Shown piece by piece: positions 19,427-30,639 of a stretch of 64,000 nucleotides of DNA. Position 1 is the stretch's first letter. Each line of letters opens with the position of its first letter. Position numbers and translations under genes: made by a program. The stretch comes from a phage: sequence record PZ452579.1; one strand, written 5' to 3'. The notes under the pieces are model-generated. The model searched no databases, was not told the origin of the DNA, and saw nothing but the letters and a program-made list of their open reading frames with translations.

Positions 19427-19720
19427 TATAAATTCTCTTTAAATGAAAATGCAGGACTTATTGACATTGCCTGCGCAAGCCCTCAATGGGAACATAGGTT
19501 TTGGATATTTAACGACAGGATAACCATAAACCCGTCATCATACCAACCACGACTTAGACAGATAACCTTTTTCTGACGCGTGATAGTACAAAATACATTC
19601 AAGAGGTACACCGTAAAACTGCCGGGGTCTTAAAACTATAATGATTCGCAAATCATTAATCAGACAGTTCGACGGCTCCTCGATTTTCTAGCCGCACTAA
19701 GGTAGCGAATCACCTAAAAC

Positions 19721-19969
19721 TTATTTAAGGGTAATAACAAAATGACGTACTGCTTTACGAGCTGCAGAAGCCAAAGGCTTAGCATATTTCAGTTCATCTT
19801 TTGCTTCCAGTTCAGAGGCCAAAGCCGCCTGTACCGGGTTCAGATGTTTGAAATAACGCAGGATTTCCAGTGCTTCGGCTTCAACATCAATTGACGCGCC
19901 GTAGTTTTCATGACCGTTATTCCATGCGTTGCGTTGCAGTTCAAGAGCGTGTTGTAATTGTTTAATCAT
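19721..19969 (-). CDS. rIII: rIII lysis inhibition accessory protein
   Basis: 82 aa; near-identical to remembered T4 rIII (MIKQLQHALELQRNAWNNGHENYGASIDVEAEALEILRYFKHLNP...). Confidence 0.93.
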   Translation of the reverse strand: MIKQLQHALELQRNAWNNGHENYGASIDVEAEALEILRYFKHLNPVQAALASELEAKDELKYAKPLASAARKAVRHFVITLK

Positions 19970-20085
19970 TTTAAATTCTCAATTCGAGATAATATTTAGT
20001 AGCCACGTTCGTCTGAATTTCACCTTCTTTCGACAAGTCTCTCAGTTGTAGGCTACCGCTTAGAAGAGTGTTCTCTTCATATAGT

Positions 20086-20093
20086 TATTTATA
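20086..20093 (-). promoter_or_regulatory. T4 late promoter TATAAATA (minus) upstream of rIII
   Basis: tatttata on + strand ~117 nt upstream of rIII ATG. Confidence 0.4.
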
Positions 20094-20426
20094 TCACTTA
20101 TAAAGACACGGAATAGCTTTATAGTGGCATGTTACGAATTTCTGTTTAATTTCTTTAGGTTGTTTAAGTCCTAAAGCCACAAATGGATGTGGAACATTTC
20201 GAATTTGTCCAACTGGTAGTGGAGTCAAATCACCGACTTCAACAAAACCTTCAGGAACATCAGGACCTACAGAATGAACTACACATAGTTCAGGAACTTC
20301 ACCTTGAACACGTTTACCAATCACAAGTCCTGATTCGGTAACTTCTTCATCACCTGCTTGAGCGGGTTCAGAAACCAGAATGACATATTCACCAACAGCA
20401 CGAATTGGGAGTTGTACTTCAGACAT
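20094..20426 (-). CDS. 31: gp31 co-chaperonin (GroES analogue for capsid folding)
   Basis: 110 aa; matches T4 gp31 ([29 protein letters not shown]...KAIPCLYK). Confidence 0.95.
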   Translation of the reverse strand: MSEVQLPIRAVGEYVILVSEPAQAGDEEVTESGLVIGKRVQGEVPELCVVHSVGPDVPEGFVEVGDLTPLPVGQIRNVPHPFVALGLKQPKEIKQKFVTCHYKAIPCLYK

Positions 20427-20456
20427 CTTATTTCCTTGTTGTTTGACGATAGATTA

Positions 20457-20481
20457 ATAATACCATACTATTCGTAAAGCA
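20457..20481 (-). promoter_or_regulatory. MotA-dependent middle promoter for gene 31
   Basis: Minus strand TGCTTTA - 12 nt - TATTAT, then AAGGA RBS. Confidence 0.5.
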
Positions 20482-20483
20482 TA

Positions 20484-20792
20484 TTACATAAGAAGCAAAC
20501 GTTCTACCGGAGTACCATCAACCGAAATTACTTTATCAAGGCGGAAAGAACGCCACTGACCTAACTCGGTATCAAATGCTCGAACTGATTCGCGAGGTTC
20601 AGAACGAACTTCTGTTGCCGGATTTCTATTTTCATATTTGACCTCAAGTTCATCGCGGGAGGCAAACATCGTACGAATATCACCGTTAGCCTTTTCAAAT
20701 ACAACACAATGAACGCCTACAGACAGAATAGTTTTAATACGTTCACGAAGAACCATAGTTTCTTGTTCAGTTAAAATCATATTATTCACCAC
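20484..20792 (-). CDS. Hypothetical protein (31.1 position)
   Basis: 102-aa ORF between cd and 31. Confidence 0.6.
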   Translation of the reverse strand: MVNNMILTEQETMVLRERIKTILSVGVHCVVFEKANGDIRTMFASRDELEVKYENRNPATEVRSEPRESVRAFDTELGQWRSFRLDKVISVDGTPVERLLLM

Positions 20793-21363
20793 AAAAGTTT
20801 CGGATTTGTTCCCAATTCAGAGAACGAAGATTATTACGAGAGTACTGAATTACTTCAATACCAGCTTGTTTTAGAATGTCAGCCCAATTTTCAGGAGATC
20901 TGTCATATAATTCTGCGTATACAACCTTTTTAATACCTGACTGTGTAATAGCTTTAGTGCAATCAGGACATGGAGAAAGCGTCGTATATAACGTAGCACC
21001 TTCAATAGAATTACCTTTACGAGCTGCAAACAAAATTGCATTCAATTCTGCATGGATTTCATTATTAGCAGACCATGCACTATGAGCGGCCCGATGTTCT
21101 TTAGCCAAAACAAAATTATCTGCCCGTCCAAATGCTGTAGTGCCTTCTTTATGACCAGCAACGATGACCGGGCTTGGTTTATTCTTCAACCAGCCGTTTT
21201 CGGATGCATGTTCGCAACAGTTAACACCACCTGAAGGAGAGCCATTATAACCTGTAGAAATAATGCGTCCATCTTTTTCAATGACCGCACCTACTTTCCA
21301 TGAACAACATTTTGATTCTTGAGAAATCAAATAAGCAATTTGAAGATATGTGCTAGCTTTCAT
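20782..21363 (-). CDS. cd: dCMP deaminase
   Basis: 193 aa; zinc deaminase motifs HAELNAI and PCPDCTKAI; synteny. Confidence 0.93.
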   Translation of the reverse strand: MKASTYLQIAYLISQESKCCSWKVGAVIEKDGRIISTGYNGSPSGGVNCCEHASENGWLKNKPSPVIVAGHKEGTTAFGRADNFVLAKEHRAAHSAWSANNEIHAELNAILFAARKGNSIEGATLYTTLSPCPDCTKAITQSGIKKVVYAELYDRSPENWADILKQAGIEVIQYSRNNLRSLNWEQIRNFCGE

Positions 21364-21599
21364 TATAGTGTTCCGTATACGCGAGTTGCTTCAACTAAAC
21401 CGTCACTGCCTAATTTAAGGCTAGTAATCTGGTCACCATCTTTAGGATTAACAATTATGAGAAAAGAACGTGGAGATTCTTGAATAACTCGTAATGTTGC
21501 ATCCTGGAAACGTTCAGACACTTTATTTATGAGTGCTTGAGCAAATTCTTTTACTTTAATCTGAAATTCGTGCACTGTAATTGGGTTTTCACTTAGCAT
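21363..21599 (-). CDS. Hypothetical protein (cd.x)
   Basis: 78-aa ORF with GAGG RBS and early promoter upstream. Confidence 0.6.
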   Translation of the reverse strand: MLSENPITVHEFQIKVKEFAQALINKVSERFQDATLRVIQESPRSFLIIVNPKDGDQITSLKLGSDGLVEATRVYGTL

Positions 21600-21628
21600 T
21601 TCGATTTCCTCATTGTGTTGGTAGAGTC

Positions 21629-21658
21629 ATAGTATCACAACTCCACCATGTTGTAAAC
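21629..21658 (-). promoter_or_regulatory. T4-type early promoter (minus): -35 GTTTACA, -10 TACTAT
   Basis: + strand atagta - 17 nt - tgtaaac. Confidence 0.55.
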
Positions 21659-21660
21659 CA

Positions 21661-21936
21661 TTAAATTGCTTTGCATTCAATTTTTTGTGTACCGAAATTG
21701 ATATCACATTGGATAACTAAATCGCCGTCAAGATCAAATACCACGATGACGTGTGCAGACCCAGGGAGAAGAGTAATAGCAATAGAATCTACTTGGTCCG
21801 GGAGCAAAGCATTGAGTACATGAGTTACTTGAGCATGAACTCTGAGTTCGGCTGCATTATCAAGCACTTCAAACATATTATTAGCAATAATCTGACTGAA
21901 GACTACCTTTACAATTTCAGAATAAGTTGGGAACAT
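21661..21936 (-). CDS. Hypothetical protein (cd.x)
   Basis: 91-aa ORF. Confidence 0.55.
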   Translation of the reverse strand: MFPTYSEIVKVVFSQIIANNMFEVLDNAAELRVHAQVTHVLNALLPDQVDSIAITLLPGSAHVIVVFDLDGDLVIQCDINFGTQKIECKAI

Positions 21937-21943
21937 AATTACC

Positions 21944-22168
21944 TCAGTGTACAGTATTTACTTTAACTCGAACAACAAATTGCTCGGTCGGTTCGCCTAC
22001 AGGAACAAACTCTACATGATATTCGCCTTTGTAACGAGTATTCAGGTCGTTACGAATTTCGGTAAGCTTGTTGATTAATGTAGAACTCATATTAAGTCCC
22101 ACTAGTTTACGAAGCATTTTGTATGCTTCATCTTCGATTTCATGATGTTTATCGTACATAGTTTTCAT
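21944..22168 (-). CDS. Hypothetical protein (cd.x)
   Basis: 74-aa ORF. Confidence 0.55.
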   Translation of the reverse strand: MKTMYDKHHEIEDEAYKMLRKLVGLNMSSTLINKLTEIRNDLNTRYKGEYHVEFVPVGEPTEQFVVRVKVNTVH

Positions 22169-22339
22169 TTAACCATTCAATTGCTTGGACGACGTTATCA
22201 AATATACCGCCGCCCAAACGTTCTTCATGCTCATAGTCCAGCACATCAATACCGAACTGTCCATTTACTAAAGGCCAGGCTACAAACAAATATTCTTTAT
22301 GCTGTTCGATGGCCTCAATCACTTCATATAATCGTTTCA

Positions 22340-22340
<1 letters not shown>
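22149..22340 (-). CDS. Hypothetical protein (cd.x)
   Basis: 63-aa ORF. Confidence 0.5.
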
Positions 22341-23426
<1,086 letters not shown>

Positions 23427-23427
<1 letters not shown>

Positions 23428-23726
23428 TATTTTATTCCTAAGAAAGTTTCAAGAATACGAATGTTATGCTCGCGCCGGTCTTTATTAATTTCAGCAACGT
23501 TTTTATTAATTGACGTACTTCTAACGTTTGAAGAAATAAATTTAATCATATGACTTTTGAGTTGTTGCAAATCCAAACCTTTTTCTTTAGCAGCTTTACG
23601 AAGAGCTTTACCTGCTTCATCTAGGGCCTTTGCTGCATCTTTATCATAATTGACAAGTGACATTCCACGGCAGATATCAATATACTCATCTGACCGTTTG
23701 ATGTAATTCTCTAGTAATATTTTCAT
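23427..23726 (-). CDS. Hypothetical protein
   Basis: 99-aa ORF with GAGG RBS and early promoter upstream. Confidence 0.55.
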
Positions 23727-23754
23727 TTAGATTTCCTCAATTATCCATGGGAGC

Positions 23755-23784
23755 ATTATACTCTGCTCCCGAGAGTTTGTAAAC
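23755..23784 (-). promoter_or_regulatory. T4-type early promoter (minus) with -10 inside a 7-bp inverted repeat (PeSL-like)
   Basis: + strand gggagca ttatactc tgctccc gagagtt tgtaaac; minus reads GTTTACA - 17 nt - TATAAT. Confidence 0.6.
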
Positions 23785-24008
23785 TATTTTACTAAAGATT
23801 CGATATACTCATGAAGAGCTTTAGTCGCTACTGCCCACTTGTTCTGATATTCATTTTTCAGATTAGCACGAGACTGAACTAACAAGCGGTCGTTAGTCGG
23901 AGGCAAAGATTCTAATCGTTGAATCTGACGGCCATAAATCATAGCCGCCATTTCAGAGTCATAGATAAGTCCTTTAAGGTATTCATGCTGTTCTTTAGTC
24001 ATTGACAT
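23784..24008 (-). CDS. Hypothetical protein
   Basis: 74-aa ORF. Confidence 0.5.
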   Translation of the reverse strand: MSMTKEQHEYLKGLIYDSEMAAMIYGRQIQRLESLPPTNDRLLVQSRANLKNEYQNKWAVATKALHEYIESLVK

Positions 24009-24289
24009 TTTTCCTCTTTTAAACCACTACGATAATAACATAACATAGTCTTCTGGTCATGTACATATCTTTTTACGTCGTTTAACCAGATACGAAATTC
24101 TTGAGAGTCTTCAAATGGCATTCCAACCCACGGATTACCATCGATAACTTTTACTTGCCATTTCTGACTATATTCAACAATAGATTCAGGCCACGGCGGA
24201 TGTAAAGTTTCTTTAGGGCTTAAGGGCACATCCTGGGCACATCCAGCCAAAATGCCAATAGATAATACAACTGCGGTTAATTTAATCAT
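23999..24289 (-). CDS. pseT.2: Outer-membrane spanin (o-spanin lipoprotein)
   Basis: 96 aa; signal peptide with lipobox LAGC; adjacent to i-spanin as in T4. Confidence 0.7.
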   Translation of the reverse strand: MIKLTAVVLSIGILAGCAQDVPLSPKETLHPPWPESIVEYSQKWQVKVIDGNPWVGMPFEDSQEFRIWLNDVKRYVHDQKTMLCYYRSGLKEEKCQ

Positions 24290-24642
24290 TCTGAGAGCTT
24301 CCTGAGGTCTTCCGCAAAGGAATCGAAGGACCTGTTGATTTGTTTTTCGACCAATCCTGGTTTACTTGCCACCACGTTCTTCTTCTTCGAATCCTTACGG
24401 AGCTTTTCATTTTCGGCCTTAAGTTGGTCAACTAAAACACGGTTCTTATAAGTCATTTCTTCGATTGACTGATATTGAACCTTGAAGTCGTCTAATACTT
24501 TAGCATTGTTTTTAGCGGTCTCTTTGACAGAAGCTAATTCAGTATTCAACGAATCAACTTTGTTGTTTAAGACAACTATTGTTACCGTAGAAACTAGAGC
24601 AAAAGCTGCTACTATAGCATAAATCGGATTTACTTTAAGCAT
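24286..24642 (-). CDS. pseT.3: Inner-membrane spanin (i-spanin)
   Basis: 118 aa; N-terminal TM helix then coiled-coil region; overlaps o-spanin start. Confidence 0.7.
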   Translation of the reverse strand: MLKVNPIYAIVAAFALVSTVTIVVLNNKVDSLNTELASVKETAKNNAKVLDDFKVQYQSIEEMTYKNRVLVDQLKAENEKLRKDSKKKNVVASKPGLVEKQINRSFDSFAEDLRKLSE

Positions 24643-25130
24643 GTTTTAATAATCTCAATGATTTCATCTCGGGATAATCCATTGATAAGAACGGTTTTCA
24701 AACCATCACACTGGATTTTGTACGATTCAAACAATACACACAACTCTTCTGCTGTATGATACGGGCTTGAAATTCCGAGGCGGTTGAATTTGTCGGTAAG
24801 AGGGTCGCAAATGATGTAGAATTTTATACCTGCGATATGTACGTTTGGTTGACTAATATTAATGAACACATTAGCGTCGTATTTAGTCAAATTGTTTTGA
24901 AGAAATTCTACCATGGCATTAACTGCTTCCGGCATCGCTTCGCGTTTCTCTTCAGCGTATCGGGTGGAATACTCTTTTTGTTTTACTTTCTTTTTAAGAT
25001 TTTTGGCCAGTGTAACACGGAGGTCAGTAAGATAACCAACTGGACGTCCTTTCTTAAAGACTCGGATTCCGTCGGTTGTGTCTCCAAAAGCTGTTACGAC
25101 CATATCGTTAGTAATCAATTGCATATTCAT
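24630..25130 (-). CDS. alc: Alc (inhibitor of host transcription on cytosine DNA), by synteny
   Basis: 166 aa from internal Met with GGAG RBS (T4 Alc 167 aa); lies between rnlA and the spanins. Confidence 0.55.
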   Translation of the reverse strand: MNMQLITNDMVVTAFGDTTDGIRVFKKGRPVGYLTDLRVTLAKNLKKKVKQKEYSTRYAEEKREAMPEAVNAMVEFLQNNLTKYDANVFINISQPNVHIAGIKFYIICDPLTDKFNRLGISSPYHTAEELCVLFESYKIQCDGLKTVLINGLSRDEIIEIIKTCLK

Positions 25131-25160
25131 AATTTTCTCCTCGGGTTGTTGATAAAAGCC

Positions 25161-25190
25161 ATAGTAACACCTTCCTTGGTGTTTGTAAAC
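25161..25190 (-). promoter_or_regulatory. T4-type early promoter (minus)
   Basis: + strand atagta - 17 nt - tgtaaac. Confidence 0.55.
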
Positions 25191-25192
25191 CA

Positions 25193-26326
<1,134 letters not shown>

Positions 26327-26343
26327 TCAGTTAGTTTTTTTAA

Positions 26344-26373
26344 ATTGTACCACAATCCTTGTGGTATGTAAAC
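26344..26373 (-). promoter_or_regulatory. T4-type early promoter (minus): -35 GTTTACA, -10 TACAAT
   Basis: + strand attgta - 17 nt - tgtaaac upstream of rnlA. Confidence 0.5.
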
Positions 26374-26783
26374 TACTTTTTCTTATGTTGGATATTCCAA
26401 GGCGGGTTGAACTTTTTGATAAAAAGTGGTTCTTCAAGGTCCATTGTTGCGATGGTCATTGAACCAAGTTCGTTGGTGACTGAAAGGTCAAAACATTGGC
26501 GGGCCCAGAATTCAACCTTTTTGCCTTGCATTAAGGCATCCAAAATCATAAGTGATTTTCTTGAATCTGAAGTCTGGTCTTTTCGATTTATGGCTGTTCG
26601 ATAATAGTTAATGCGTTTCTTTAAATTCTTGGTTTTACCAATATACACAAGTTCGTCATCTATAGCAATAGCATATATAACATTTTTCTTATTAGGGGCA
26701 TCAATGGTTTTAATTGTTGCATCTTCTAATAGCTCCAATTCTATATATTTAATAAAGGAATATTCGGCGGCAATATCTTTCAT
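26373..26783 (-). CDS. denA: Endonuclease II (GIY-YIG family)
   Basis: 136 aa; near-identical to T4 EndoII (VIYAIAI..VYIGKTKNL..RINYYRTAINRKD). Confidence 0.93.
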   Translation of the reverse strand: MKDIAAEYSFIKYIELELLEDATIKTIDAPNKKNVIYAIAIDDELVYIGKTKNLKKRINYYRTAINRKDQTSDSRKSLMILDALMQGKKVEFWARQCFDLSVTNELGSMTIATMDLEEPLFIKKFNPPWNIQHKKK

Positions 26784-26791
26784 AATAAAGT

Positions 26792-26805
26792 GGGACCGAA
26801 GTCCC
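26792..26805 (-). other. Intercistronic UUCG-tetraloop hairpin between nrdB and denA
   Basis: gggac cgaa gtccc. Confidence 0.45.
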
Positions 26806-26809
26806 GTCC

Positions 26810-27985
26810 TTAGAAATATTTTTTGTATGAATTGATTACATTTTGGTCTACATCATTATCAATTTGTGCAACAAGATAAGAACTGATTTCAACTTCCTGA
26901 GGAGCTGCTTGAACTAAATCAGAGTTCAGATATTCACGAATCCAAGGATAAGGATGTTTTGACGGAGCATCAGTAATTGGACACGGCAAACCACACTGTT
27001 TCATACGAGACACAGTCAAGTAATCAACAAAAGCACACATACTCTGTGTATTGATACCTGGACATGTACCGTCTTTAAAGAGGTGTGCAGCCCATTCCTT
27101 CTCTTGACTATTTACTTCCATAAAAATGTCAACTGCTTCTTGTTCACATTCTTTAGCAATTTGAACCCACTCATCGCCATCAGTACCAGATTGAAGTTGA
27201 CGGATAATGTACTGAGTACCCTTGAGATGGAGTTGTTCGTCACGAGCAATGAACTTCATAATCTTTGCATTGCCTTCCATAATTTCCATATTTTTATGGA
27301 AGTTGAAAGTACATGCAAATGATACGTAAAAACGAATAGCTTCTAAGGCGTTGATAACATGCAAACAGAGATAAAGAGACTTCATTAAATCACGCTTGGC
27401 GTTAAACATTATTTCTTCGTACATCTCAATATCATTCTGCTGACATGAGCCTATTGAACACTCATAAACTTCCTTAGCATTTTCCCAATGACGAGTCTTG
27501 ACTAGAACATCATCGTAATATTTACCTATTGATTCAGCTCGTTTCATGATTGCTTCGTCTAATACAATCTCATCAAATACTTTGGATGGATCGGTATAAA
27601 GATTTCGCATAATATGAGTATATGAACGAGAGTGAATAGTTTCACTGAATGTCCATGTTGCAACCCACGTATCTAATGAAGGGTCGGAAAGCAGTGCCAT
27701 AAGTACCGCAGATGGGGCCCTGCCTTGGATAGAATCCAATAATGATTGATACTTAAGATTGTTTGTAAAGATGTCCTGTTGGAACTGAGGAAGCTTATTG
27801 AACTGTGCAGAGTCCAACATCAAGTTTACCTCTTCGGGGCGCCAGAAAAATGACAAGGATTTTTCTATAAGTTCTTCAAAAACTTTATGACGCTGAATAT
27901 CATACCGTGCAAGACCAAGACCAGAACCAAAGAACATCGGTTCATTCAAAACATCGACTTGTTGTGTGTTAAAAACTGTACTCAT
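26810..27985 (-). CDS. nrdB: Ribonucleotide reductase small subunit (intron-less)
   Basis: 391-aa single ORF with R2 di-iron ligand motifs; no group I intron or I-TevIII ORF. Confidence 0.93.
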   Translation of the reverse strand: MSTVFNTQQVDVLNEPMFFGSGLGLARYDIQRHKVFEELIEKSLSFFWRPEEVNLMLDSAQFNKLPQFQQDIFTNNLKYQSLLDSIQGRAPSAVLMALLSDPSLDTWVATWTFSETIHSRSYTHIMRNLYTDPSKVFDEIVLDEAIMKRAESIGKYYDDVLVKTRHWENAKEVYECSIGSCQQNDIEMYEEIMFNAKRDLMKSLYLCLHVINALEAIRFYVSFACTFNFHKNMEIMEGNAKIMKFIARDEQLHLKGTQYIIRQLQSGTDGDEWVQIAKECEQEAVDIFMEVNSQEKEWAAHLFKDGTCPGINTQSMCAFVDYLTVSRMKQCGLPCPITDAPSKHPYPWIREYLNSDLVQAAPQEVEISSYLVAQIDNDVDQNVINSYKKYF

Positions 27986-28040
27986 TATATTTTCTCACTT
28001 AGTTATTAACTCATCCATGAGTAAATTATAATCAAAAGTC

Positions 28041-30296
28041 TTAAAGCTTACAAGCAGAACAATCTTCAGCTTTAGGTGTTTCTAATTCATAGTCATCTGT
28101 ACCTGACCCATCACGGGTGTTATGATAGTAGAGGTTTTTTCCGCCAAAGTACCAGAAGTAAAGCAGATCGTCAAGCATTACTGACATTGGCACTTTACCT
28201 TTCTCAAATACCGCAGGGTCATAATAAGTATTAGCAGAAGCAGATTGGCACACCCATTTCAACATGATAGCAACTTGGGTCAAATAAGGTTTATTACCTT
28301 TCTTAGCAAGTTTCCACGCGTAGTCGTAAAGACTCATGTTATGTTCGATATTAGGAACAACCTGTCGGAAGTTGCCTTCTTTAGATTCTTTAATACTTAC
28401 AGGTCCACGAGGTGGTTCTATACCATTTGTGCTATTTGAGACTTGACTGCTTGATTCACATGGCATGAGAGCACTAAGTGTACTGTTACGAATTCCATGT
28501 TCTTTGAGTTCAGCTCGAAGTTCTTCCCAGTCACAGACGTAGTTCGGGGCCGCGATTTGGTCAATCTTTTTATTGTACCAGTCGATAGGTAATTCGCCTC
28601 TAGACCATTTAGTGTCTGAATAATACTCACAAGGTCCTTTTTCTTTGGCGAGTTTGATTGAAGCTTTGATAAGGCCATATTGCAATCTCTCGAACAATTC
28701 ATGAGTCAAATCGTTAGCGTCTTCATATGAAGCAAAGTTAGAAGCTAACCATGCAGCATAGTTCGTCACACCGACACCGAGATTTCGACGCTTTTTAGCT
28801 TTTAAAGCTTCTGGAACCGGATAATCTTGATAGTCTAACAGGTTATCAAGTGCACGTACTTGTACTTCAGCAAGTTCATTAATTTTATCTTGGTCTTGCC
28901 AATCAAATTTATCTAATACAAAAGCAGATAACGTGCATAAACCAATTTCAGCATCAGGACCATTCACATCATTAGTTGGAATAGCGATTTCACAACATAA
29001 GTTACTCTGACGAATTGGAGCTTTTTCACGAATAAACGGAGTGTAGTTATTCGTGTTATCAACAAACTGTGGATAAATTCGAGCAGTACCAGAACGTTCA
29101 GTCATGAACAATTCAAAGAGTTCTAGTGCTTTGATTCTTTTCTTTCTGATTGTTGGGTCTTTTTCAGCTTTCTCATAAAGCTCACGGAATTTATCTTGAT
29201 CTTCAAAGAATGAGTAATATAGTTCGCCTGACATTTCGTGAGGGCTAAATAAAGTAATATAATCATTTTTACCAAGGCGTTCCATCATGAGGTCATTAAT
29301 CTGAATTCCGTAGTCCATATGTCGAATACGGTTTTCATCCACGCCTTTGTTATTTTTCAGAACTAATAGGTTCTCTACTTCTAAGTGCCACATCGGATAA
29401 TACGCTGTAGCAGCACCACCACGAATACCACCTTGAGAACAAGATTTTACTGCAGTTTGGAAATGTTTCCAGAATGGAATAACACCCGTATGTCGAACTT
29501 CACCCATACCGATCTTAGAACCTTCTGCACGAAGCATACCAACGTTGATACCAATACCAGCTCGTTTAGAAATATATTCAATAATTGATGCTGAAGTTTT
29601 GTTAATAGATTTTAACGAATCACCGGCTTCAATAACTACACAACTAGAGAACTGGCGAGTTGGAGTACGAGCACCTGCCATAATTGGGGTTGGCAATGAA
29701 ACTTGATGAGTAGAAACGGCATCATAAAAACGAATAATATGTTTCAAACGGTCATGAGTTTCGTCTTGGTGTAAGGCCATACCAATAGCCATGATAGCAA
29801 ACTGGGGAGTTTCATAAATCTTCCCAGTTGTTTTATCTTTAACCAGGTATTTTTCTTTAAGCTGCATAGCACCAGCATAAGTCAGGTCAAAATCTCGCTC
29901 ATGTTTAATCCGAGAATCAAGATAAATGATTTCTTCTGCAGAATATCTAGACAACAGCTCAGGGTCATATTTGCCTTCATTAACACAATAAGAAATATGG
30001 TCGATAAAAGCAGGCGGTTCAAACTGCCCGTATACATCTTTACGAAGTGCAAACATTAGCCCTTTGGCGGCGACATACTGATAATCAGGTTCTTCGACAG
30101 AAATCGAGTTAGCTGCAACTTTAATACAAATCTTCTGGATATCTTTGGTGCTCATCCCATCGACAAGATGGGTCTTAATTTCTTCGTACAATTCATATGG
30201 GTCAATTTGTGTTCCTTCACATTGCCAAGTTAAGACTTGAATAATTTTCTGTGCATCAAAATTTTGGGATACACCACTGCTCTTAGTTACTTGCAT
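28041..30296 (-). CDS. nrdA: Ribonucleotide reductase large subunit
   Basis: 751 aa; active-site NLCCEI and C-terminal CSAC pair. Confidence 0.95.
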   Translation of the reverse strand: MQVTKSSGVSQNFDAQKIIQVLTWQCEGTQIDPYELYEEIKTHLVDGMSTKDIQKICIKVAANSISVEEPDYQYVAAKGLMFALRKDVYGQFEPPAFIDHISYCVNEGKYDPELLSRYSAEEIIYLDSRIKHERDFDLTYAGAMQLKEKYLVKDKTTGKIYETPQFAIMAIGMALHQDETHDRLKHIIRFYDAVSTHQVSLPTPIMAGARTPTRQFSSCVVIEAGDSLKSINKTSASIIEYISKRAGIGINVGMLRAEGSKIGMGEVRHTGVIPFWKHFQTAVKSCSQGGIRGGAATAYYPMWHLEVENLLVLKNNKGVDENRIRHMDYGIQINDLMMERLGKNDYITLFSPHEMSGELYYSFFEDQDKFRELYEKAEKDPTIRKKRIKALELFELFMTERSGTARIYPQFVDNTNNYTPFIREKAPIRQSNLCCEIAIPTNDVNGPDAEIGLCTLSAFVLDKFDWQDQDKINELAEVQVRALDNLLDYQDYPVPEALKAKKRRNLGVGVTNYAAWLASNFASYEDANDLTHELFERLQYGLIKASIKLAKEKGPCEYYSDTKWSRGELPIDWYNKKIDQIAAPNYVCDWEELRAELKEHGIRNSTLSALMPCESSSQVSNSTNGIEPPRGPVSIKESKEGNFRQVVPNIEHNMSLYDYAWKLAKKGNKPYLTQVAIMLKWVCQSASANTYYDPAVFEKGKVPMSVMLDDLLYFWYFGGKNLYYHNTRDGSGTDDYELETPKAEDCSACKL

Positions 30297-30337
30297 ATAT
30301 TCCTCAGTATAGGTTGATAGACATTACTCCAAACGGG

Positions 30338-30367
30338 ATAGTATTTATCCCGTTAATTTATTATACA
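30338..30367 (-). promoter_or_regulatory. Possible early promoter within a 7-bp inverted repeat (PeSL-like) upstream of nrdA
   Basis: aacggga tagtattta tcccgtt; -35 match is weak. Confidence 0.35.
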
Positions 30368-30383
30368 CTTTTAAACTGAAGCG

Positions 30384-30638
30384 TTAATTATCCTTAGCAA
30401 TAATTTCTTCGTATTCTTTAGGTGTCAAGACTGTGATATTGAAATAAACCAATGGTTCTTTTTCCATACCGAATCCACCACAGAATTCACGATATTCATA
30501 AATTCGTTCGTGTGAATAGCAAATGAATCGTTCACCTTTAACTGTGATTTCACTATTCGGTGAAGGGATATCCAGTTCGGTAGGATTTTTCATTTCAAAA
30601 ATTGTGGTGCCATATGAATTAATAAAACGTAAAATCAT
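30384..30638 (-). CDS. Hypothetical protein (nrdA.1 position)
   Basis: 84-aa ORF between td and nrdA. Confidence 0.6.
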   Translation of the reverse strand: MILRFINSYGTTIFEMKNPTELDIPSPNSEITVKGERFICYSHERIYEYREFCGGFGMEKEPLVYFNITVLTPKEYEEIIAKDN

Positions 30639-30639
30639 T

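Noticed and set aside
19427-19720. Possible tRNA or other RNA gene in the rIII-downstream gap
   Set aside because: No cloverleaf with a GTTCRANYC T-loop could be built on either strand; kept only as an unexplained non-coding region in the findings.
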